Positions 25,859 to 32,000 of a stretch of DNA of 32,000 bases are shown here, in pieces (positions within the stretch are counted from its first letter, which is position 1; each line of letters opens with the position of its first letter). A program made the translations under genes and the position numbers. The stretch is from an uncultured archaeon. Its GTDB lineage: Archaea > Asgardarchaeota > Thorarchaeia > Thorarchaeales > Thorarchaeaceae. The stretch covers positions 645,010 to 677,009 of the forward strand of contig CAYHAA010000001.1 in NCBI GenBank assembly GCA_964354495.1, read 5' to 3'. The notes under the pieces are model-generated. The model worked only from the letters and a program-made list of their open reading frames with translations, was not told where the DNA came from and did no database searches.

Positions 25859-27196
25859 TTGCTCACACGTGTCCAGAAGATCTACTTTGGCATGGCTCGT
25901 CTGGGTCCAAGTATTATGCTTGACATGCTAGATTTGGCAAGCGCATTGTTCTATTTTTCAATCCAATTGCTGCCAGCTATCTATACTGGTTCTGCGATAG
26001 CCCTGAGTTATCTCTCAATCATGGTGTCGGAGTTGACATTTGGAAATCTGAGTGATAGAATGCGATCAAAGAGATGGGGGCGACGAAAGCCATTCATCAT
26101 GGTCGGAGCTCCACTCATGGCCGCATCATTCCTATTGGTGTTCAGCCCACATCTGTTCCTGGCAGAAGGGAATGTCCTGGGTCTCTTCTTCTATGCCACA
26201 ATCACAATGAGTCTGTTCAAGGTCTTCTATGGCATGACAATGACTCCCTTCCAGGCATGGATGCCTGAGCTCACTGAGCCTGAAGAGCGTCCTGCAGTGT
26301 CTTCTTGGCAGAATGTTGCCAATTTCATTGGGTTTGTAATTGGTACATTCGGTACGACTCTTCTAGCTGCACTAGCGGTTGGGTGGGGTCTTCCAAGCGA
26401 GATTCTCTACATGATTTTGGGCTTTATTGTCATTCAACTTCTAGGATTCACTCCATCACTGATGGGTCTCCACAAGGAAGGGAAATTCATACCGAATCCT
26501 TCCATCATGAAGGATCTTCGCGTAGCTATGAAGGATAGGAATTATGTTGGTTGGCTTGCAGCTCAGGGCCTCCTCTCGGTTGGTATATCGACTGTCATAA
26601 GGACTACGTTCCCGTACATCAACGACTATCTCACGTTCAGTATGACGGAGCTCATCATATTCGGCGTCGAACTCCTATCCGTAGTCTTTGTGTTTTTCGT
26701 GGTTTACCAGTTCACTATCCGCATGAAAGGCAAACGTTTCACATTGCAGCTCTCTATGCTGTTGGCGGTAATTTCTTTACCATTTACGCTGGTAATCACA
26801 ACATCCACTGCTGCCTTTATGCTCCTGGCATTTGCCGGTGCCGGCGTGGCTGGATATTATCTATTCCCATACATTGTCTATGCAGACTTCGCACACAAGA
26901 ATGAGATAATGACAGGCGAGGGTCGAGCAGGATTCTACACGAGCTTTCCATCAATACCGCTGAATGGGATGCAGGCTCTCTCGGCTTTTCTTTGGGGTTT
27001 CATCTTTGCTCTACCTGAAGTTGTTCCTGTCCCCGGTCAAGCTACCTTTGTTTCACAGGGGTATTTGATCTGGGGCCCAATAGCAGCTCTATTCATCCTC
27101 CTGGCTGTGCTGGTACTCTTCCTAGTGGATATTGACCCGGATTTCGAAAAAATAAAAGCAGAAGCCCCCCCCTCTGGATTGGAAATCAATCCATAG
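25859..27196 (+). CDS. MFS transporter, GPH (MelB-like glycoside-pentoside-hexuronide) family (445 aa)
   Basis: GGAGG RBS before TTG. GNLSDRMRSKRWGRRKPFI and PFQAWMPELT motifs, G..YYLFP...AD, G.AG.Y. About 12 hydrophobic helices. Confidence 0.9.
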   Translation: MLTRVQKIYFGMARLGPSIMLDMLDLASALFYFSIQLLPAIYTGSAIALSYLSIMVSELTFGNLSDRMRSKRWGRRKPFIMVGAPLMAASFLLVFSPHLFLAEGNVLGLFFYATITMSLFKVFYGMTMTPFQAWMPELTEPEERPAVSSWQNVANFIGFVIGTFGTTLLAALAVGWGLPSEILYMILGFIVIQLLGFTPSLMGLHKEGKFIPNPSIMKDLRVAMKDRNYVGWLAAQGLLSVGISTVIRTTFPYINDYLTFSMTELIIFGVELLSVVFVFFVVYQFTIRMKGKRFTLQLSMLLAVISLPFTLVITTSTAAFMLLAFAGAGVAGYYLFPYIVYADFAHKNEIMTGEGRAGFYTSFPSIPLNGMQALSAFLWGFIFALPEVVPVPGQATFVSQGYLIWGPIAALFILLAVLVLFLVDIDPDFEKIKAEAPPSGLEINP

Positions 27197-27250
27197 TATG
27201 AGTCTGCTATGCAATGCACCCATTAGCATAACACGATGGGTCATGAGATA

Positions 27251-30085
27251 CTACCAACGGAAGCGGCACATCTTGATCTCTCTTGCACCGAATGCGAGTG
27301 TTATGCTGTGAGCTGAGACAGAGAGTTCGCTGATGACAGCGCCGTCCACTCTCACCTCCGATGCTGCCCTAATATGCTCTGCTAGTTTCACATCTGTTTT
27401 GGCGTCTCTGTTCTCAAGGTTATAGAGTGTCACCAGAATGGAGTCACCGAGCATTCTCATAGAGGATATCCTCACCGCAGGATTGCTGAGTTGCGCAATG
27501 GGGTGGAACAGACCATGCGGAGGCTTGGCGCGATCTAGCGCGATTACTACTGGCTGGCTCTGAAACACGTCTGCATGCTCTGCGCTAGTGGCCAATGGAT
27601 CTTCCCGTGAGTGTACAAGAAATCCATAGTGAAACTCATACTCCTTGTTCATCTCTTGAGCACCCGGAGTCTCTTCCGCTGGGCCTGCATGCATAGGTCT
27701 CTCGAGGAAGTCAGAACGCGAGAGCCAACCGACGCAACGAAGAAGTGTCACCGCTATACGATGACCATCAGCGAGCTCCACTTCTGGAAGTCCTCTATTG
27801 AGGACAGTCACTGCATCTTTGCCTCTCTCATCTTCAATCCGTATGAATCCCTTCTGAGGCTGGACGCCAGATGGTTTCTCTGGATACTGTGTTCTGGTTC
27901 TGTCCAGTTCGCTGGCATTTGGTACTGGTTCTGCCATCGCTGATCGTTTCACATAGCCAAAATGAGTCGCAGTCAAAGTAGTGTCTGATTCGAACGGAAG
28001 GTCAAAACATATTCTGAGTCGATGGTCCTTCGCAGTGTTCGTGAGCCTGGTAGTCACCTCAATCCTCGGAGTATCTCGATAGAACCTGAACACGGAGATA
28101 ACGGGGATCTCGGCCCTTCCAGTCCTCTTCTCCCTAGAGGAATCGACCGAGCCATAGACATCTAGTGTTAGCGTTTGTCGAATCTCCGCCACTATGGGCC
28201 CCGTGCTGACCGCAGTTCGCTTGACACTTTTGACCTGCGCTTTTTCTGGTTCAACATTCCCGAAGGAATATTCGTCGCCGCGATCGCCGTAGTCCTCGAA
28301 CACATGCAGCTTCTGATACTGTATTCCGCTGCTCTTATTCGTGAGACTGATGCTTCCGTCTTTGTTAAAGGATACTGAATAAAACTTGTTTTCGACATAG
28401 TTCTCGCGGACCTCAAGCTTGCCTTCGGATACAATATCAGCGTGCTCTCCGACTGGCACGAGCTTAGAGAATGCCCATGGTCTTAATGGTATGACCGCAG
28501 CATATACACTCTGAGTCGGGCGAGCAGCGACAAGGTGAATTCTCTTGTATTTCTTACTCCCTATAATTCTGTCAGCCTCTCTCTTAAGGCTCTCCACGTC
28601 GAAGTCGCCAACAGGATGCCTATCCGCAATGAACCTCAGCTCCAGCTGACCTGGCTCATCTCCCTCAAAATACTCCACGCCATTTATGTAGAAGTCCATC
28701 AACTTCCTTCCTGGGAGTAGTCTCATGCCCATCTTAGCCGTAGTCATGCCGATTGTCGTATCCATGAAGACGTCCTCTCTGGATTTGAGGAGCTGAACAT
28801 CGTATGTTCTCCCATCGTCTGTACGGAGCCCTTTCACGGCCTCCTCTCTTGGGCCAGCGAATTCAACGTAGACTGGTGTTGAGGAGCTGCCACCTGCATT
28901 ATAAACAACAACAGCTGATTCATTTGATTGCGCAGCAATCTTGTGAATGCTCTTCTCTGCGTCTGCCAACGCGCCTTCACAGATTGACTCTGCCCACGAG
29001 AATCGAGTCTTCATCTCTTCATGCGTCTGATCCACTGAGCAGCCACATATCGAGTCATGAGGCTGATTGCGGAGCAGCCATTTCCAGGATGTCTTCAGGA
29101 AGCCGCTGGGATATTGAAGTCCCATAGTAGAAGACAAGTACGCCCAAATTGGCTCAGTTCTCCGCGTCAGCAGGTCCTCGATTCTCTGGTTCGACTGCTT
29201 GATCCATACTCGAACTGAATACGTGTTTTGTAGAAGATGCGCTCTCGATGGAGATCTGAATTCGCCGGCATATACTGGACGATTGTAACCGTACTCTGCA
29301 ATTGCGCAATCCAGTTTCTCAACATAGTGCTTCAGAGTAGATACGGAGACATCACACTCTTCCTTCGTCATTCTTCCTGCGTATTCCTTCGCAAAGGGCT
29401 GTGGAAAACGATGGTCCGACCCATTCATGAGAAGGTAGACAGGCACCGGAGAGAATGGCTCCAGTTCAGCTGTCTTCTCATCGACAACTCTCACGAACTC
29501 CTCATAGTCCGCTGGAAGCATAGATGCGTTACCATAGCCAAATGGGAGATAGATTCCATTGACTGAGGTGTCTGAGCTCTCGTGAGACTTCCATACGAAC
29601 GGGACAGTCATGATGCCTGGAGGAACACCACGCCATAGTACAACGGTCTTGAGATTTGTTAGATCACCAAGTAGTTGTGGTATTCCGCTCGAGTGCCCAA
29701 ACTGGTCGGGCAAGTAGGCAATATCCATTAGAGGTATATCAAGGTCTGCCGCCAATTCACGACTATACTCGAGGTTGCGAATGAGACTCTCTCCTCCAAC
29801 CAGCCATTCATCGGGAAGAAGATACCATGGCCCAACTGCTATCTTGCCCTCGCGAATTCGCTGCAGCAGCTCCTGAGCTCTCTCAGGGCGTATTTCCAGG
29901 TAATCCTCGAGGACGACTGTCTGCCCATCCAACATGAACACATAGTCCTGGTCCTGCAATATCCTGAGAAGCTCATCAACGAGCTGAACGAGCATGTATC
30001 GAAATCTCTGGAATGGAAGGTACCACTCTCTATCCCAATGGGTGTGTGGTACAATGATGACTTTCTTGGCAACCATCTGTATCAC
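27251..30085 (-). CDS. GH38 alpha-mannosidase (MngB/mannosylglycerate hydrolase-like), ~941-944 aa
   Basis: PHTHWDREWY zinc motif, LDGQ, VGPWY, nucleophile YLPDQFGH, NGSDH, HDSICGCS, TLLRCVGWLS. Start GTG 30085 or ATG 30076. Confidence 0.95.
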   Translation of the reverse strand: MIQMVAKKVIIVPHTHWDREWYLPFQRFRYMLVQLVDELLRILQDQDYVFMLDGQTVVLEDYLEIRPERAQELLQRIREGKIAVGPWYLLPDEWLVGGESLIRNLEYSRELAADLDIPLMDIAYLPDQFGHSSGIPQLLGDLTNLKTVVLWRGVPPGIMTVPFVWKSHESSDTSVNGIYLPFGYGNASMLPADYEEFVRVVDEKTAELEPFSPVPVYLLMNGSDHRFPQPFAKEYAGRMTKEECDVSVSTLKHYVEKLDCAIAEYGYNRPVYAGEFRSPSRAHLLQNTYSVRVWIKQSNQRIEDLLTRRTEPIWAYLSSTMGLQYPSGFLKTSWKWLLRNQPHDSICGCSVDQTHEEMKTRFSWAESICEGALADAEKSIHKIAAQSNESAVVVYNAGGSSSTPVYVEFAGPREEAVKGLRTDDGRTYDVQLLKSREDVFMDTTIGMTTAKMGMRLLPGRKLMDFYINGVEYFEGDEPGQLELRFIADRHPVGDFDVESLKREADRIIGSKKYKRIHLVAARPTQSVYAAVIPLRPWAFSKLVPVGEHADIVSEGKLEVRENYVENKFYSVSFNKDGSISLTNKSSGIQYQKLHVFEDYGDRGDEYSFGNVEPEKAQVKSVKRTAVSTGPIVAEIRQTLTLDVYGSVDSSREKRTGRAEIPVISVFRFYRDTPRIEVTTRLTNTAKDHRLRICFDLPFESDTTLTATHFGYVKRSAMAEPVPNASELDRTRTQYPEKPSGVQPQKGFIRIEDERGKDAVTVLNRGLPEVELADGHRIAVTLLRCVGWLSRSDFLERPMHAGPAEETPGAQEMNKEYEFHYGFLVHSREDPLATSAEHADVFQSQPVVIALDRAKPPHGLFHPIAQLSNPAVRISSMRMLGDSILVTLYNLENRDAKTDVKLAEHIRAASEVRVDGAVISELSVSAHSITLAFGAREIKMCRFRW

Positions 30086-30184
30086 TCAGCACATCAGATC
30101 AATTCCCTCTACAGAAGAACCATGTCCAATAAACATGTTGCGAGAAACCCAGCTAGGCACCTCCGGGGTCAGCCAAGTTCTTGC

Positions 30185-30742
30185 TCACACCGCGGCTTCT
30201 TCGCTAATCTCCATGGCTAGGCTCTTGAATGATTCATCGATATTCTCTCCTGTGCTCAACTTGACGAAGAACACTGGGACCGACAGCGTCTTGGCGATCT
30301 CACGCAATGCATCTGTCTGACCCCTCAGAAGCCTACTTGAGCGGTCGACTATCATGATTGTAGGCAGTGGATGCCCCACATGGATGTTCAAGGAGTCCAG
30401 AAAGTTCGATAGTTCAGAAGGCAGATTGACTCGAGCTGGATCAGCACAGAGTACGATACCTGTGAATCTACGGAAATAGTCCCTTGGTTGAAGAGCGTTA
30501 TAGAGCTCCCAGACCCAAGCACCATGAAGCTCCAAGTCAAATTCAAGCGTAAGAATGACGCCATTCCTCATAATAGTAATGTGCTTGACCCACTCGTCTT
30601 TTGGCCAAGACCTCTCAAGGGACTTCTTGGCCAGTTCTCTCGGGTCTGCCAACTTCTTGTTTAGTAGTTTCTCACAGAAACTGAAGCCAAGCTCCTCATC
30701 TCCCGCAACTAGTATTCTGTAGGTATCAGGTCTCGAGCTCAC
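30185..30742 (-). CDS. Ras/Rab-fold small GTPase-like protein with degenerate G motifs (~185 aa)
   Basis: YRILVAGDEELGFS (G1 position), DYFRRFTGIVLCAD, IMIVDRSS (G4 position), FFVKLSTGENIDESFKSLAMEI (G5 and last helix). Start re-called at GTG 30742 behind AAAGGAGG; the track gives 30799. Confidence 0.7.
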   Translation of the reverse strand: MSSRPDTYRILVAGDEELGFSFCEKLLNKKLADPRELAKKSLERSWPKDEWVKHITIMRNGVILTLEFDLELHGAWVWELYNALQPRDYFRRFTGIVLCADPARVNLPSELSNFLDSLNIHVGHPLPTIMIVDRSSRLLRGQTDALREIAKTLSVPVFFVKLSTGENIDESFKSLAMEISEEAAV

Positions 30743-30918
30743 ATGGCCGCCTCCTTTAATACTCCGGGATGAAATAGATTCTATGTTTCTATTAATCACA
30801 ACATATGCAGAAAAACGATTCGTTGGTCAACAGTATACGTCAGAGTTTCATAGGTGCGTAGTATTACAGACCGCAATCGTTACATGTGGAATTGAGAATG
30901 ATGCAACAGGGATATCCT

Positions 30919-32000
30919 ATGGCCTATCACAGCACTCCACTGAAATACGGCGATCAAGAGATTGATGACTTCATTCCTAAGAAGATCAAGGATGTGAAGG
31001 TCCTTCGCATCGACCAATACACTCCTGACTTCACGGACCTGAAGAAGAAGCTTAAGCAAGTACTCGATTCACCACTGGGTACAAAGCCCTTCAATGAGCT
31101 GGTGAAGAGTATCTACTCCAAGGGCAAGCGGATTCTCTTCATGGTAGATGATAAGACCAGGCCAAACCTGCATACCAAGATACTTCTGCCACTCATAGCT
31201 GACCGACTGCTGAAGATTGGTGTGAGAAAAGAGGATATTGGCATCATCATCTCAAGTGGTTCACATACTCCTGCCAGTCCTAAGGAAGTAGAGGATAGAA
31301 TCCTGGGCTCAGCTCTCTACAAGGTCTGGAAGGACAATGTGCTTGCTCATGACTGTGATAGCGGAAACGAGCATGTCGGAGTAACTTCCAGAGGTACGCC
31401 GATTCTCATAGATAAGAAGGTTCTAGACTCGAGTCTGTTGATTCCCCTCTCAGATAGCGAGTATCATTACTTCGCTGGACAAGCGGGAACGGTCAAGCTC
31501 TTCTGTCCCGGCGTTGCAGGGCGTGAAACCATCAGGGTCAACCATCCACGAATGTTCGATTTAGAGAAGGGGTTTGTTGATGGCTGCCGACTGGGCAACT
31601 GCGAAGGAAATCCGGTCATAGAAGACATGATCGAAATAACAACAAAGATGATGGAGCGAATCCCTATCTTCTGTGTCGATGTCATAGTCAATCACGATGA
31701 GATGGTGTATCTTCAGGCCGGAAACATAATTGAGTGCCACAAGGCTGCTAGAGAGCCTTTGCGTGAGCTCAGAGTCATCGATGTTGATAAGCCCGGCGAC
31801 ATCGTATTCGTGTCTGTTGGGGAGCTGGGAGTGAATCTCTACCAAGCCGGCAAAGGAGTCCATGCAGCATGGAATGCAGTGCGTCATGATCGTAAGGGGT
31901 GGATTGTCCTCTTAGCTCCTTGTGCTGACGGAATCGGAAGCGCACCGTATGCTGATGCGATGCAGTCTGCCAAGGATCTCGAAGTCAGGGATGCTCTCCG
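30919..32000 (+). CDS. larA: LarA-family nickel-pincer-dependent racemase/epimerase, 3' end truncated by the window; not in ORF track
   Basis: Manual translation, open to the window end: MAYHSTPLKYG, VDDKTRP, SGSH, EYHYFAGQAGTVK, RVNH, GNPV, NLYQAGKG, APCADGIG. An in-frame ATG at 30898 is an alternative start. Substrate not assignable. Confidence 0.9.
   Translation, partial: MAYHSTPLKYGDQEIDDFIPKKIKDVKVLRIDQYTPDFTDLKKKLKQVLDSPLGTKPFNELVKSIYSKGKRILFMVDDKTRPNLHTKILLPLIADRLLKIGVRKEDIGIIISSGSHTPASPKEVEDRILGSALYKVWKDNVLAHDCDSGNEHVGVTSRGTPILIDKKVLDSSLLIPLSDSEYHYFAGQAGTVKLFCPGVAGRETIRVNHPRMFDLEKGFVDGCRLGNCEGNPVIEDMIEITTKMMERIPIFCVDVIVNHDEMVYLQAGNIIECHKAAREPLRELRVIDVDKPGDIVFVSVGELGVNLYQAGKGVHAAWNAVRHDRKGWIVLLAPCADGIGSAPYADAMQSAKDLEVRDAL

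Noticed and set aside
59-31887. The many 60-145 aa ORFs in the track overlapping longer genes
   Set aside because: They are antisense or alternate-frame shadows of well-supported genes, with no motifs or independent RBS support.
1-32000. Mobile element, provirus, tRNA or rRNA
   Set aside because: No transposase, integrase or capsid motifs, terminal repeats, cloverleaf or T-loop signatures, or rRNA signatures were recognised by eye. tRNAscan and Infernal would be needed to exclude them fully.

Overview
Archaeal chromosomal window. It is probably from an Asgard archaeon, possibly Thorarchaeia; this is inferred from the tandem TFBs, the archaeal FEN1 with PIP box, a Rab-like fold protein and a 24-aa-period LRR protein, and was not verified by search. 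Contents in order: (1) a tightly packed six-gene + strand cluster (69-7290) with a Hel308/Ski2-like helicase carrying an internal SWIM zinc finger, two RecA/RadA paralogs (one intact, one with a degenerate P-loop), two uncharacterised membrane proteins and a FEN1/XPG nuclease; (2) two distantly paralogous ~670-aa proteins with Lrp/AsnC-like C-terminal halves on the - strand, bracketing a + strand unit (HEAT protein, degenerate M50-like membrane protein, 61-aa ORF, ~2608-aa surface protein with prenyltransferase-like and Ig-like repeats); (3) a 40-aa ORF absent from the ORF track, with two identical TPTDKPPEPW units whose four nucleotide differences are all synonymous; (4) two tandem tfb genes; (5) an LRR protein, a GPH-family sugar transporter, a GH38 alpha-mannosidase, a degenerate small GTPase, and a LarA-family gene cut by the window edge and missing from the track. 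No rRNA, tRNA, CRISPR array or transposase was recognised. The best candidates for undescribed biology are the helicase-SWIM/RadA-paralog/nuclease/membrane cluster and the repeat peptide.
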